Positions 18,290 to 29,831 are shown, counted from the stretch's first letter. The stretch: 64,000 bases of DNA from Obrimoposthia wandeli (GCA_977020255.1 CDROCS010001028.1:1-64000), one strand, 5' to 3'. Program-made: numbers and translations. Notes: generated from the sequence alone by a model not told the origin.

Positions 18290-18963
18290 ATATAGATTTC
18301 TATGCTGCTTTCGCGATCGGGCTGATGGGTGCAGGGCATTGCATTGGTATGTGTGGTGGTGTAGCAGCCGCACTAACGTTAGGCATGCCAGGTCAAGAAC
18401 GCAAAAATCGCTGGCTTTACTTACTTGCCTATAATGTTGGCCGCATATTTTCTTATTCGATTGCCGGTGCCATTATAGGTGGCGCTTTCGCAGGTATGGC
18501 GGCTTATAGTGGTTATTCAAGTGCATTGATTTCATTGCGCTTATTAGCCGCTTTCATGATGATAGCCTTGGCATTATACCTTGGGCAATGGTGGCAAGGC
18601 ATTACAAAGATTGAGCGAGTCGGTCAATCTTTGTGGAAATACATCTCTCCGGTAGCGACATCATTTCTTCCCTTGAAATCACCCATCTCGGCGCTACCTT
18701 TTGGGGTGCTCTGGGGTTGGTTGCCTTGTGGATTAGTGTATTCAACCCTTAGCTGGGCTGCTGTCTCTGGTAGTGCAATCGGTGGTGCAAGTGTGATGTT
18801 TGCTTTCGGTTTAGGTACGCTACCTGCGATGTTGTTGATTGGTTCAGTCGCTGAACATGCCAAACACATTTTGCGAAACCTTTTTTTTAAACGTGCGAGT
18901 GCCTTGCTGTTATTGGCGTATGGCGTTCATACTGGTTACATCGCAATCAAACAAATGTTGTAG
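18286..18963 (+). CDS. DsbD_2/TauE-like membrane protein of cco clusters
   Basis: GHCIGMCGG, GWLPCGLVYS. Confidence 0.85.
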   Translation: MNIDFYAAFAIGLMGAGHCIGMCGGVAAALTLGMPGQERKNRWLYLLAYNVGRIFSYSIAGAIIGGAFAGMAAYSGYSSALISLRLLAAFMMIALALYLGQWWQGITKIERVGQSLWKYISPVATSFLPLKSPISALPFGVLWGWLPCGLVYSTLSWAAVSGSAIGGASVMFAFGLGTLPAMLLIGSVAEHAKHILRNLFFKRASALLLLAYGVHTGYIAIKQML

Positions 18964-19006
18964 AGTTTTTATTACTCGTCATATTACTTCATAATATGCT
19001 AAAATA

Positions 19007-19020
19007 TTGACCTACATCAA
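19007..19020. promoter_or_regulatory. FNR box upstream of fnr (autoregulation)
   Basis: TTGAC-CTAC-ATCAA. Confidence 0.7.
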
Positions 19021-19037
19021 ATTGGTTAGACAGGCTT

Positions 19038-19790
19038 ATGATTTCAGACAAACTTACAACCAAACGTATTCAGTCAGGGGGATGTGCTATTCACTGTCAG
19101 GATTGCAGTATTAGTCAGTTATGTATTCCATTCACATTGAATGAGTCTGAACTTGATCAACTCGATCAAATTATCGAACGGAAAAAACCTATCCAGAAAG
19201 GACAAGAGCTTTTTAAAGCTGGCGATGAGTTAAAATCTCTTTACGCTATCCGATCTGGTACGATCAAGAGTTACACCATTACAGAACAAGGTGATGAGCA
19301 AATTACAGCTTTCCATCTTGCTGGTGATCTTGTTGGTTTCGATGCTATCAATGAAATGATGCACCCTAGCTTTGCACAGTCTCTTGAAACATCAATGGTA
19401 TGTGAAATCCCATTTGAAATTCTAGATGACTTATCAGGCAAGATGCCAAAGCTACGTCAGCAAATCATGCGTTTGATGAGTCATGAAATCAAAGGTGATC
19501 AAGAAATGATTCTACTGCTTTCTAAAAAGAATGCAGAAGAACGCCTAGCGGCTTTCCTTTATAACTTATCACTGCGTTTTTCGCAGCGTGGTTTTTCACC
19601 TCGTGAATTTCGTCTAACAATGACACGTGGTGATATCGGTAACTACCTAGGTTTAACGGTTGAAACGATCAGTCGTTTATTGGGTCGCTTCCAAAAATCA
19701 GACATGCTGAGTGTTAAAGGTAAGTACATTACAATCCTTGATCACGACGAGCTAGCTCGCCTTGCAGGTGTTAGTAAAAAAAGCATCTAA
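19038..19790 (+). CDS. fnr: Fumarate/nitrate reduction regulator
   Basis: [14 protein letters not shown] Fe-S ligands, ETISR. Confidence 0.97.
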   Translation: MISDKLTTKRIQSGGCAIHCQDCSISQLCIPFTLNESELDQLDQIIERKKPIQKGQELFKAGDELKSLYAIRSGTIKSYTITEQGDEQITAFHLAGDLVGFDAINEMMHPSFAQSLETSMVCEIPFEILDDLSGKMPKLRQQIMRLMSHEIKGDQEMILLLSKKNAEERLAAFLYNLSLRFSQRGFSPREFRLTMTRGDIGNYLGLTVETISRLLGRFQKSDMLSVKGKYITILDHDELARLAGVSKKSI

Positions 19791-19811
19791 TCACTAATTA
19801 TTTGTTTTCAG

Positions 19812-19848
19812 AAAAAGTGATACGACTATTGATGCGTATCACTTTTTT
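19812..19848 (+). terminator. fnr terminator overlapping an FNR-like box
   Basis: aaaaagtgatacg-10 nt-cgtatcactttttt; TTGAT-GCGT-ATCAC at 19829-19842. Confidence 0.65.
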
Positions 19849-19866
19849 TACATTTATTCTTTTATA

Positions 19867-19874
19867 CCCTCCCC
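19867..19874 (-). other. KOPS motif oriented toward dif
   Basis: GGGGAGGG on the - strand. Confidence 0.5.
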
Positions 19875-19983
19875 TTAATGCCTTCTATACGTTACAGTTA
19901 ATGTACTAATCTGATTAGACACAGTTTTACCTGCTATCATTCAGAAAGGTACTTTGCCAGCACAGTTGTGTAAGGGGGCAGTT

Positions 19984-20925
19984 ATGAAAAAATATAATAA
20001 CATTCTTGTTGCTATCGATCCGGCTCAGGATCACCAACCTGCGTTATCGCGTGCCATTCATCTTGCCAATAAGTCTTCCGACGTAAAAATAACCATCTTT
20101 CTTGCCATCTATGACTTCTCATACGAAATGACATCTATGCTCTCGTCTGAAGAACGGCACGCTATGCGCCGTGGCGTTGTGATGCAAAGAGAAGCATGGC
20201 TTAAAGATCTCATTCAACCACATGCTGAAGACGGATTAGATATAAATATAAAGGTTGTTTGGCATAACCGCCCATATGAGGCAATTGTGGCCGAAGTATT
20301 TACAAGCCATATAGACCTGCTAGTTAAAGCAACGCATGCACACGATAAAATTGGTTCAGTTATCTTCACACCAACAGATTGGCATTTATTACGTAAGTGC
20401 CCTTGCCCAGTTCTTATGGTTAAAGAGCATAGTTGGCCTGAAAATGGGAAAATTGTCGCATGTGTTAATTTAGCTGCAGATAGTGAAACACATGAGTTAC
20501 TTAATAATGCCATTGTAAAAGAAGCGCAATGTGTCGCGGGTATTTTAGGGGCAGAAATCAACCTTGTGAACGCATACCCAGCAACTCCCGTTAATATTAC
20601 CATTGAGCTACCCGAGTTTGACCCCGCTTCTTATACCGATGCAGTGCGTGGGCATCACTTAACGTCAATGAAAGCACTACGACAGCAATATGGTATTTGT
20701 GAAGAGCAAACTCATGTTATCGAAGGGCTACCTGAAGATGTTATACCTAAAGTGGCAGAACAGTTAGACGCTGAACTTGTTATTTTAGGGACTACTGGGC
20801 GTACTGGCTTATCAGCCGTCTTTATCGGCAATACCGCCGAGCATACAATTGATAGTCTAAATTGTGACTTACTCGCGTTAAAACCCGATGGCTATGTAAG
20901 CCCTCTCGCACCTAATATTGATTAG
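19984..20925 (+). CDS. uspE: Universal stress protein E
   Basis: Tandem USP domains, FTPTDWHLLRKCPCPVL, FIGNTAE; follows fnr. Confidence 0.95.
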   Translation: MKKYNNILVAIDPAQDHQPALSRAIHLANKSSDVKITIFLAIYDFSYEMTSMLSSEERHAMRRGVVMQREAWLKDLIQPHAEDGLDINIKVVWHNRPYEAIVAEVFTSHIDLLVKATHAHDKIGSVIFTPTDWHLLRKCPCPVLMVKEHSWPENGKIVACVNLAADSETHELLNNAIVKEAQCVAGILGAEINLVNAYPATPVNITIELPEFDPASYTDAVRGHHLTSMKALRQQYGICEEQTHVIEGLPEDVIPKVAEQLDAELVILGTTGRTGLSAVFIGNTAEHTIDSLNCDLLALKPDGYVSPLAPNID

Positions 20926-21056
20926 ATTCGATAAAAAGCACAATAATGTAGTGATAAAAAAGCCTCTAACAAAGAGGTTTTTTTATACCAACCGGGTTAA
21001 GTCAATCTTCTGAGATTTAATCAGTAAGAGTGCGTAAATCCTTGTCCAGTATAGTA

Positions 21057-21416
21057 TTAAAGATTCGTTGCAGGTAACTGAACAGGTTTTGTTGCATCGT
21101 CGGTCGTTTTTTTGTCTTTGTTTGCAACTAACCAGCTCGCCCAAGCCGAAATATAAAGTTGGTTAATTGTTTCTTCGCAGTATTTACGACTTAAACCACG
21201 TCGACTCCATTCACTGGCAATCGCAAAGTGAGTCTGTGTTGTACTTCGACCATACAAATACGTTTCACAAAGTTCTAAATTAGACATTTGTTGCGATACT
21301 TTTGTCACGGTATTACTTCGCATTCCAAGTTGTTGTGATTGCTTCGCTGAACATCCAGATAACGCGACTATTGCTACGCCAGCAATTAAACATTGATGTA
21401 ATTTATCCATTACCAT
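21057..21416 (-). CDS. Hypothetical lipoprotein
   Basis: Lipobox LSGC. Confidence 0.6.
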   Translation of the reverse strand: MVMDKLHQCLIAGVAIVALSGCSAKQSQQLGMRSNTVTKVSQQMSNLELCETYLYGRSTTQTHFAIASEWSRRGLSRKYCEETINQLYISAWASWLVANKDKKTTDDATKPVQLPATNL

Positions 21417-21655
21417 CCCTTTTACGTAAATATTGCTTACGTATTTATCATTGAGTAGGCCTATACGGTACTTTTAATATCTTAATTCAAAAGCAGTTTT
21501 ATTGTTAGCTTGGTTTTTGCTCAAATCTAACGTGTTGCTACACTTTATGTACTTATACACAAGAACACTTCCCTGAACGTGTAAAAAAGCATTATAATCC
21601 CCCGCTAATCCATCAGCTGTTCACTACTTCATTTACGGTAGTACGAGATTTGAGC

Positions 21656-22555
21656 ATGAATCAACAAGATACGCACAAAGAAAACCTTGAATTTAATAAG
21701 CTTCAAAAGAAACTTCGACGCAATGTAGGTAATGCGATTACTGAATACAACATGATTGAAGAGTCAGATGTTGTAATGGCTTGTATCAGTGGTGGTAAAG
21801 ATTCTTTTGCGATGCTTGATATTCTTTTGGGCTTGCAAAAATCAGCACCGATTAAGTTTAAAATAATCGCTGTAAATCTGGATCAAAAACAACCAGGTTT
21901 TCCAGAGCATATCTTGCCAAACTATTTCGAATCTCTGGGTATTCCTTATTACATTGTTGATAAGGACACATACTCTGTTGTTAGAGAAAAAATCCCTGAA
22001 GGTAAAACGACATGTGGCCTTTGTTCTCGCTTACGTCGCGGAACCTTATACTCTTTCGCAGAGAAGATTGGCGCGACTAAAATTGCGCTTGGTCATCACA
22101 TGGATGATATGGTTGAGACAATGTTCTTGAACATGTTCTATGGCTCACGATTGAAATCTATGCCGCCAAAATTACGCTCAGATGATCAACGTAACGTTGT
22201 TATTCGCCCTCTTACTTACTGCCGTGAGAAAGACTTGATCGCTTACGCAGAATACCGCGAATACCCAATCATTCCGTGTAACTTATGTGGCTCGCAAGAA
22301 AATCTTCAGCGTCAAAACATTAAGGCTATGCTGATTGATTGGGATACAAAAACGCCAGGTCGTGTAGAAAGCATATTTAAATCAACGCAAAATATTAGCC
22401 CAAGCCAACTAGCTGATAGAAACATCTTTGATTTTGAAAACCTACCGTTAGATAGAAGCGGTGAAAGAGCTGAGTATGCATTTACTGAAGCTGAAGTATC
22501 ATCTTCAAACATCAATATTGATGAATCGATGTTCATCGATGTAACTAACATCTAA
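21656..22555 (+). CDS. ttcA: tRNA 2-thiocytidine(32) synthetase
   Basis: [27 protein letters not shown]. Confidence 0.96.
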   Translation: MNQQDTHKENLEFNKLQKKLRRNVGNAITEYNMIEESDVVMACISGGKDSFAMLDILLGLQKSAPIKFKIIAVNLDQKQPGFPEHILPNYFESLGIPYYIVDKDTYSVVREKIPEGKTTCGLCSRLRRGTLYSFAEKIGATKIALGHHMDDMVETMFLNMFYGSRLKSMPPKLRSDDQRNVVIRPLTYCREKDLIAYAEYREYPIIPCNLCGSQENLQRQNIKAMLIDWDTKTPGRVESIFKSTQNISPSQLADRNIFDFENLPLDRSGERAEYAFTEAEVSSSNINIDESMFIDVTNI

Positions 22556-22633
22556 TACCATTATTCTGGATAAGTATATGGTCAGTAAGGATGATCTGAT
22601 AATTATCTAGATGAGTATAAGTGCGTTAGAAAA

Positions 22634-22666
22634 AACCCACTTTCTCTTGTGCAGTGAAAGTGGGTT
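22634..22666. terminator. Bidirectional terminator
   Basis: aacccactttc...gaaagtgggtt between convergent genes. Confidence 0.6.
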
Positions 22667-22705
22667 CATTTCTAAATAATTAAATTCTGGCTTTTAAGTT
22701 GGTTA

Positions 22706-23881
22706 TTACTTAAACAGATTCACAAAAAACATTTTAATGTAATCAATTAAGCGACTAAAGATACCGCCTTCCTCAACCGTCTCTAACGCGACTAGCGGCA
22801 CTTCTGCAACATCTTTCCCATCCACTTGGTAAAAGATAGAACCCACATTATCTCCAACCGTAATCGGCGCAACTAAATCATGTGCTAATTCAACATTAGC
22901 TGTTACTTTCTTTGCGTCATTACGTGACAGCGTCACGTAAGTATCACTCTCTACACCAAGGCTAATCGTATCTGTATTACCCATCCAAATACGTTCATTC
23001 AGTACCTCTTGCCCTTTTTTATGTGGCGAGATTGTACTAAAGAAACGAAAACCATAATTTAGCAGCTGTTTACTTTCAGCTTCACGGCTTTTTGTACTAC
23101 TAGAGCCCATAACAACTGCAATTAAACGCATGTTACCCTGAGTCGCCGAACTGGCTAAACTATAGCCTGCACCGCTGGTGTAACCCGTTTTCATACCATC
23201 AACATTAATACTTTTATCACCGAGTAATCCGTTACGGTTACGCTGTGTAATATTGTTGTAAGTAAAAGAACGCTCACTATATAGAGGGTAAAGATCAGGC
23301 AAATCTGTAATCAATGCTTGCCCTAGCAAAGCTATATCGTAAGGGGTACTGTACAAATTAGGGTTATCAAGACCATGTGCATTCGCAAATTGGCTGTTAT
23401 TCATGCCTAAATTTTTAGCCCATGAATTCATTAATCCAACAAATGCATCTTGAGAGCCTGCAACATGCTCGGCGATAGCAACACTGGCATCATTACCCGA
23501 TTGGATAATAAGACCACGGTACAAATCTATCATCGAGACTTCAGTACCCACTTCAATAAACATTTTAGATGAATCCGAAAAGTTTTTAGCCCACGCATTT
23601 CGACTGATAACAACAATATCATCTTTACTGATATTACCGCGTTTCATCTCTTGCCCTGCTACATAGCTAGTCATTAGCTTTGTTAAACTGGCAGGATTTA
23701 ATTTTTCATTCGCGTTCTTTTCAACAAGAACTCGACCTGTGTTGTAATCCATCAATACATACCCTTTAGCACCTAGTACAGGTGCATCAGGAACCACAGT
23801 TGGTACGGCTAGAGCAGGCAAAGATAGCGAGAGAAAAACAGTACCGGCTACTGCTGAAGATATTCTTGATGTTTTTTTCAT
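22706..23881 (-). CDS. D-alanyl-D-alanine carboxypeptidase (DacA family)
   Basis: PASLTK, SGN, KTG; signal peptide. Confidence 0.92.
   Translation of the reverse strand: MKKTSRISSAVAGTVFLSLSLPALAVPTVVPDAPVLGAKGYVLMDYNTGRVLVEKNANEKLNPASLTKLMTSYVAGQEMKRGNISKDDIVVISRNAWAKNFSDSSKMFIEVGTEVSMIDLYRGLIIQSGNDASVAIAEHVAGSQDAFVGLMNSWAKNLGMNNSQFANAHGLDNPNLYSTPYDIALLGQALITDLPDLYPLYSERSFTYNNITQRNRNGLLGDKSINVDGMKTGYTSGAGYSLASSATQGNMRLIAVVMGSSSTKSREAESKQLLNYGFRFFSTISPHKKGQEVLNERIWMGNTDTISLGVESDTYVTLSRNDAKKVTANVELAHDLVAPITVGDNVGSIFYQVDGKDVAEVPLVALETVEEGGIFSRLIDYIKMFFVNLFK
22924..22936. other. matS site
   Basis: GTGACAGCGTCAC fits GTGAC-RNY-GTCAC. Confidence 0.7.
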
Positions 23882-24368
23882 TTTGATATGAAAATTCCTA
23901 ATTACGACTACTTTTGGCATTATATCTGACTATCAATTCAATGCTCGCGTACTTTACAAATTCTTACGAAAGTGTAAGTGTTTTGACATATTTAGAGTCT
24001 ATCACGCTTCATTTATGACACTCCACAATATGACATTAATTACATATATTTGCAGTATTTTTACGTGGGACGTTGTTTGAAAATACAATCTTAATTTCAC
24101 ACTCTCTTTTTAGCAGAAAAGACCAGTCAGATTCAACACTATTCATTTTTATACTGACAGTTTTGTGTAAAAAATAGTAACGTGCGTTTTATGAGATAAT
24201 TTACCAGCGAATTATTCTGCTTTGATTGCTAAAAGCCCACAAATTCAACCGTAACCGTAAATAAATCACACAACTGCGGTAAAATACCCTGTTTGCTAGT
24301 TAAGGCATTCTTTATTCCAATATTTATCGATATTCTTAGTAGTTAAAGCTACTAAGTCAACGCAAGGA

Positions 24369-25859
24369 TTGATGATGACTTACTATGAAAAGTTAGTAAA
24401 ACACTCAAAGAAAATTAACCGCTTATCACATCTTGGGGCTATCTGTGGCTGGGATCAGGCTGCAATGATGCCTGAAGGTGGTAACGATGCTCGTTCAGAA
24501 GCCATGGCTGAATTAGCCGTTATGTCTCATGAACTCTCCACAGCCTCTCATTTAGCTGATTGGTTCAATCAAGCAGAAGCAGAATCATTAACGGCTGAAG
24601 AAACCATCAGCCTGAAAGAGATGAAGCGTGTTTGGCAAATGAGCAATATTCTTCCTGCTGAACTTGTAGAAGAGCAATCGCTTGCAGGTTCTAAATGCGA
24701 ACATGCTTGGCGAACTCAGCGCCAAACCAATAACTGGCATGATTTCAGTAAAAATTTAGAAAAAGTTGTTGAGCTAGCACGAAAAGAAGCCGCTATACGC
24801 GCAGAAGCTACGGGCTTGAGTCGTTATGATGCATTGCTCGATATTTATGAACCAGGTATGACAACTGCAGAGCTTGATTCACTGTTTGCTGATGTTAAAT
24901 CATGGTTACCTTCCCTTATGCAGCAAGTGCGTGAAAAACAAAATACAGAAGCGGTTTTAACACCAAAAGGGCCTTTCTTCATTGATGACCAAAAATCCCT
25001 TAGTTTAGAAGTGATGAGTAAACTGGGATTCGATTTTGACCATGGCCGTTTAGATGTCAGTACCCATCCATTTTGTGGTGGTGTGCCAAGCGATGTACGT
25101 ATTACGACACGTTACGATGAAGAAGACTTCACTTCTGCATTAATGGGCGTTATTCATGAAACGGGTCATGCCCGTTATGAGCAAGGTTTACCTCATCAAC
25201 TAGCGGGATTACCTGTTGGCCAAGCGCGCTCTATGGGTATTCACGAATCTCAAAGCCTATTTTTTGAAATGCAGCTTTCTCGTAGCCCAGAATTTATCGC
25301 CTTACTTGCTCCTTCTGCACGTGAAGCATTTGAACGCGAGAATGACAAAGCATTAACGAACGAAAACCTGGCTCTATTTAACACCCGTGTTAAACCGGGT
25401 TACATTCGAGTGGATGCTGATGAAGTTACCTACCCAGCACACGTTATTCTTCGTTATGAAATCGAACGTGATCTGATTGAAGGTAATATTGAAGTTGTCG
25501 ATATCCCAAGGCTTTGGGATAAGAAAATGAATGAGTACCTTGGCCTTTCAACCAAAGGTAATTATACCGATGGCTGTATGCAAGATATTCATTGGACAGA
25601 TGGCAGTTTTGGCTACTTCCCTTCTTATACATTAGGTGCAATGTACGCCGCCCAGTTTATGTCTGCTATGCGTACTGAAATGAATATTGAAAATCTTATT
25701 CGTGAACGTAACCTAACGCCGATATTTAACTGGTTAGATCGCCATGTTTGGAAGAAAGCCTCTACATTATCGACTGACGATATATTAAAAGCCGCGACTG
25801 GCGAGCGTTTGAATGCTGCGCACTTTAAAGCGCATTTAGAAAACCGTTACTTAAAGTAA
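24369..25859 (+). CDS. M32 carboxypeptidase
   Basis: HPFC, HETGH, HESQS, IRVDADE, GYFPSY. Confidence 0.95.
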   Translation: MMMTYYEKLVKHSKKINRLSHLGAICGWDQAAMMPEGGNDARSEAMAELAVMSHELSTASHLADWFNQAEAESLTAEETISLKEMKRVWQMSNILPAELVEEQSLAGSKCEHAWRTQRQTNNWHDFSKNLEKVVELARKEAAIRAEATGLSRYDALLDIYEPGMTTAELDSLFADVKSWLPSLMQQVREKQNTEAVLTPKGPFFIDDQKSLSLEVMSKLGFDFDHGRLDVSTHPFCGGVPSDVRITTRYDEEDFTSALMGVIHETGHARYEQGLPHQLAGLPVGQARSMGIHESQSLFFEMQLSRSPEFIALLAPSAREAFERENDKALTNENLALFNTRVKPGYIRVDADEVTYPAHVILRYEIERDLIEGNIEVVDIPRLWDKKMNEYLGLSTKGNYTDGCMQDIHWTDGSFGYFPSYTLGAMYAAQFMSAMRTEMNIENLIRERNLTPIFNWLDRHVWKKASTLSTDDILKAATGERLNAAHFKAHLENRYLK

Positions 25860-25884
25860 TCCGTTTCTCTTCAGCATTATTTAG

Positions 25885-25912
25885 AAGGTCAGCTTATGCT
25901 GACCTTTTTTAT
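25885..25912 (+). terminator. Rho-independent terminator
   Basis: aaggtcagc-ttat-gctgacctt followed by T-run. Confidence 0.75.
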
Positions 25913-26048
25913 ATTTATTACCTCTTTAATTCATCACCTCTGCGACTTGATTATGATTTTTTAATCATAGATCACAATATCGATCTATTTATTTTCTATA
26001 CTTATTTAGCAATATTATTCGATGTTGTTTATGAATGAAGGAATAAGT

Positions 26049-26342
26049 ATGAAGTACAAAGCACAAAATCTAGACTACAAAGGTGAAAATTGCGGCGTAC
26101 ATAATTGGATTACTGATAAAGGAAATTCATTTTACTGGCACCCTGATTGGCTACACATTGCGGAAGATGAAACAGGTTTGCATGCGCAACAACAATTAGA
26201 CATTCCTTCTAACGAGAAAGGCACAAAAAAACATGCCGTCACCGCGATTCTAAAACACTTAAATGATTGGATTGTAGATGGCCTTGAAAAAAATCCTGAC
26301 ATTAAAAATGAAGCTGACAAAGCCGAGAAAGGTTTGAAATAG
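26049..26342 (+). CDS. Hypothetical protein
   Basis: ORF with RBS and own terminator (26413-26438). Confidence 0.6.
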   Translation: MKYKAQNLDYKGENCGVHNWITDKGNSFYWHPDWLHIAEDETGLHAQQQLDIPSNEKGTKKHAVTAILKHLNDWIVDGLEKNPDIKNEADKAEKGLK

Positions 26343-26453
26343 AACGTCTCTATTATCGAGTGAGTAACAACATCGACTTACTTGGCTTCTTTTAATATCA
26401 TCGTTACTTCTATAAGCCAGCAATTTTTTGCTGGCTTAATACTTTTTAATCAA

Positions 26454-27134
26454 TCACACCAAACTAATCTCAAGAACGGCATTTACTGATGCCCCATTCC
26501 ACTTATATGAAAAGTGTTTTGATTGGCATACTTTACTGACTAAATTAGGCTTGAATAACGCATAGCAATCGTAACCTTGATGACGTACTGACTGATAAAG
26601 AATACCGTCACCTTTTTTGCCTTTAATATCATTAGCAACAGCTTGCGAGTGGGTATAGTTCGTTGGGTGATAAACCTCTGAATCTAAAGAGCCTTGATCG
26701 GTTAAATCAGCAAGCTCACCATTAAACCAAGCATCTATACAACGCATTTGAATATCTTGTGCGGGCTCTTTGGTATACCCCATTAAGCGCTCAAGATGAT
26801 AAACCGTTTCTTTAATCGCAGTATTGATATCAGGTGCCGCATAATAAACCCCATAATCCGCTGTATTAAACCGCGAACCATCAGGGTTTATATGTGTGAA
26901 CGCTGCCATAACATAGCTGCAATGAGGAATACCAACCAGACGTTCGCTCACGGGTATTCCACTAAAATCACCGACTTCTTCGGCTAGTCTTGGGTTGGTA
27001 ATCGCTTCAACAGCAAAGATAGCTTCTAACTGTTCTGGATTTGCCACATCTTCATAAAGATTTATCGGTGGATATTTAGATGGGATCAGTCGAAAACATA
27101 ATTGTTCTGAAAAAGATTTCATTGAATACTGCAT
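26454..27134 (-). CDS. RES-family toxin
   Basis: FRLIPS (R), GSRF, YYA...AIKET (E), LYQSVR (S). Confidence 0.88.
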   Translation of the reverse strand: MQYSMKSFSEQLCFRLIPSKYPPINLYEDVANPEQLEAIFAVEAITNPRLAEEVGDFSGIPVSERLVGIPHCSYVMAAFTHINPDGSRFNTADYGVYYAAPDINTAIKETVYHLERLMGYTKEPAQDIQMRCIDAWFNGELADLTDQGSLDSEVYHPTNYTHSQAVANDIKGKKGDGILYQSVRHQGYDCYALFKPNLVSKVCQSKHFSYKWNGASVNAVLEISLV

Positions 27135-27538
27135 TACGACTTCCCACCACGCCAGGCATTTAAGCGTGAAGCTACCTGGTAAAGATCAACCACTTTACCT
27201 TGCATCATGACATCCATTGCGCTTCGACCTGCAAAGAAAGGGTGTGTATTGGGTTTCTGCACCCAGTTATACACACTCTCTTCTGCGGTAAACATTATGC
27301 GTAGGCATTTATGAATATTTAATATGTAGCTCATGCGCTCTAGCAAGTCTTTCGATACTTTTGCAGACTCTGGGTGACTACGGTATTTATTCAATGTCGA
27401 TCGGCTGGTTAAACCAAGTACAGCCATCTGCTGAGCTTGCGTACAAGACCATTTATCCAAAATATTGAAAACAACTGGCAGTACTGCATTTCCAGCACTG
27501 GGTTGAGCTTGTTGGTGAGTCGCTGGTGTTGTATTCAT
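27134..27538 (-). CDS. Xre/MbcA/ParS-type antitoxin
   Basis: ERMSYILNIHK...WV..PN.HPFF; overlaps RES start. Confidence 0.85.
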   Translation of the reverse strand: MNTTPATHQQAQPSAGNAVLPVVFNILDKWSCTQAQQMAVLGLTSRSTLNKYRSHPESAKVSKDLLERMSYILNIHKCLRIMFTAEESVYNWVQKPNTHPFFAGRSAMDVMMQGKVVDLYQVASRLNAWRGGKS

Positions 27539-27630
27539 AGCACCCTCTACATTTTACTTTATATGTTTATTTATAGACTAAAATTTGTTAAATGTCCATT
27601 TATAGCCAGTTAGTGCGGGCGGCTGATACG

Positions 27631-27662
27631 AAAAAGGCGCCGTATAATTACGGCGCCTTTTT
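27631..27662. terminator. pepT terminator
   Basis: aaaaaggcgccgta-taat-tacggcgccttttt. Confidence 0.8.
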
Positions 27663-27704
27663 TACAGAAAAACTTTACAGATCAATGTTCAGAACACATC
27701 AAAT

Positions 27705-28934
27705 TTACTGATATTTCTCTGATGTTTTCTCTGCTAATTTAACGATAACACGTACAGCTTGTTCCATGCCTTCAATCGTAATGAATTCATGAATACCATG
27801 GAAGTTATAACCGCCAGTGAAAATATTAGGACAAGGTAAGCCCATAAACGATAAACGAGCACCGTCTGTACCACCACGAATAGGCTTGATGTCAGGTTTT
27901 ACATCACAAGCAATCATCGCTTCTTTTGCCAATTCAATAATATGCTGATGTGGCTCTACCATTTCACGCATGTTGAAATAACTATCGGTAAGAATAAGCT
28001 CAACACGTCCTTTGGTTAATGAACTGTTTAGCTCATCCACTTTGCTTTGCATAAAGGCTTTACGCTGCTCAAGCCCTTCACTATCAAAATCACGGATAAT
28101 GTACCCAAGTTCAGTTTTTGCAACAGAAGGTTCCATTGATTTCAAATGATAGAAGCCTTCATAGTGCTCAGTACATTCTGGTGTTTCTTCTGTTGGCATC
28201 ATTAACTGGAATTGAGCAGCAATGTTCATCGAGTTAATCATTTTATTTTTTGCAGTGCCAGGGTGAACGTTCACACCATGACAAATAACATCAGCCGATG
28301 TAGCATTAAAATTTTCAAACTCTAGCTCACCAACTGGGCCACCATCAATGGTGTACGCCCATTTTGCACCAAACTTTTCAACATTAAATAAGTTTGCACC
28401 ACGACCAATTTCTTCATCTGGCGTGAAACCGATACAGATATCACCATGTTTAATGTCTGGGTTCGCTTTAAGGTGCGCGATAGCCGTAATAATTTCTGCT
28501 ATACCCGCTTTATTATCAGCACCCAGTAATGTTGTACCATCAGTGGTAATAATATTGTGCCCAAGCAACCTTTTAAGATCAGGATATTGAATCGGCGAAA
28601 GCACTTCATCGCCGATACCTAATGCAATATCACCACCTTGATAATTTTCAACAATCTGGGGTTTTACATCTTTACCTGAAGCATCTGGCGCTGTGTCCAT
28701 GTGAGCGATAAGACCAATTGCTGGCACAGCGTGATCTACATTTGACGGCAAACGTGCCATCACGTAACCGTTCTCATCAAGCTCAACATCAACCAATTCT
28801 AGCTCGATAAGCTCTTTTTTTAATTGTTCTGCAAGTACAATCTGACCACCGGTACTTGGGCAGTGGGTAACTGAGAAGTTAGATTGAGTTTCAAAGCTTA
28901 CATAACGTAGAAAACGCTCAACTAAATTATCCAT
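27705..28934 (-). CDS. pepT: Peptidase T
   Basis: [27 protein letters not shown]. Confidence 0.96.
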   Translation of the reverse strand: MDNLVERFLRYVSFETQSNFSVTHCPSTGGQIVLAEQLKKELIELELVDVELDENGYVMARLPSNVDHAVPAIGLIAHMDTAPDASGKDVKPQIVENYQGGDIALGIGDEVLSPIQYPDLKRLLGHNIITTDGTTLLGADNKAGIAEIITAIAHLKANPDIKHGDICIGFTPDEEIGRGANLFNVEKFGAKWAYTIDGGPVGELEFENFNATSADVICHGVNVHPGTAKNKMINSMNIAAQFQLMMPTEETPECTEHYEGFYHLKSMEPSVAKTELGYIIRDFDSEGLEQRKAFMQSKVDELNSSLTKGRVELILTDSYFNMREMVEPHQHIIELAKEAMIACDVKPDIKPIRGGTDGARLSFMGLPCPNIFTGGYNFHGIHEFITIEGMEQAVRVIVKLAEKTSEKYQ

Positions 28935-29168
28935 AGACCACTCTTAATTAGGTTATTTAAGTACTATCACGAAAATAGATAAATACTTACAAAATGTAAC
29001 AGTGATTATTATGCACAATGAGCAATGCTGGCTTTGAGGTGGGTCATTTTTTAAGAGGATAAGTAAAATAAATACTGCGTTAATAGACAAAGATGAAAAA
29101 AAAGAGAGGCATCATAGAATAATGCACTCTCTTTAATTTTTAGTGTATTATCAATAATTACTGATAAA

Positions 29169-29831
29169 TCAACTGTCTTGTGGAATCCACGGCGTTATTT
29201 TAATTGGATTTTCTGGCAGGTGAATATTTTCACCTTCCGTTAAATCATCAAGCTTAAGCACAAGCATTTGATCATTTACGGTTAATGTTGTGCCATTGTT
29301 AAGCGTTACAGGGTTTGATGATGATGCTGCAAAATGTACAACCACCCCTTTCACTTCCGGCATAAACCATTTCGAGAACATGCCACCTAAATCACCCATC
29401 ATGTTATTCATTTGAGGAACAAGATTGGCAAGTTCAGCTTGGCTGATAGCATTATCGTAAGTCTTATTGGCAATAACCTGCATAGAAACATCACACGTAA
29501 TACCATCATCGATAACGAAAGTGACATCTGGGTTTGCCGAGCGCAAGTTTTTATCAACAGGTACAGCGAGTTCATTACTGCTTGGAATCACCAACTCTTC
29601 ATAGTGTTCATCTTTACGCATTGAACCTTTTTGAATCTTACAGACTTCACCATTAGCCTGATTAATCAGATACAGTGCAACACGTACGTCGTCATGCCCT
29701 TCTTTTACATTTTGCTTTAGCTTGCCGTAAAGCGTGCTATAACGCATTTCAATATTTTGTGCAGCTGCATCTTGCGCATAAACAGATCCTGTTGCAAACA
29801 GACCTGCTAATAGCCAATGAGTTAACTTCAT
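29169..29831 (-). CDS. DUF2987-like exported protein
   Basis: Signal peptide; YSTLYGKLK pattern. Confidence 0.6.
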   Translation of the reverse strand: MKLTHWLLAGLFATGSVYAQDAAAQNIEMRYSTLYGKLKQNVKEGHDDVRVALYLINQANGEVCKIQKGSMRKDEHYEELVIPSSNELAVPVDKNLRSANPDVTFVIDDGITCDVSMQVIANKTYDNAISQAELANLVPQMNNMMGDLGGMFSKWFMPEVKGVVVHFAASSSNPVTLNNGTTLTVNDQMLVLKLDDLTEGENIHLPENPIKITPWIPQDS

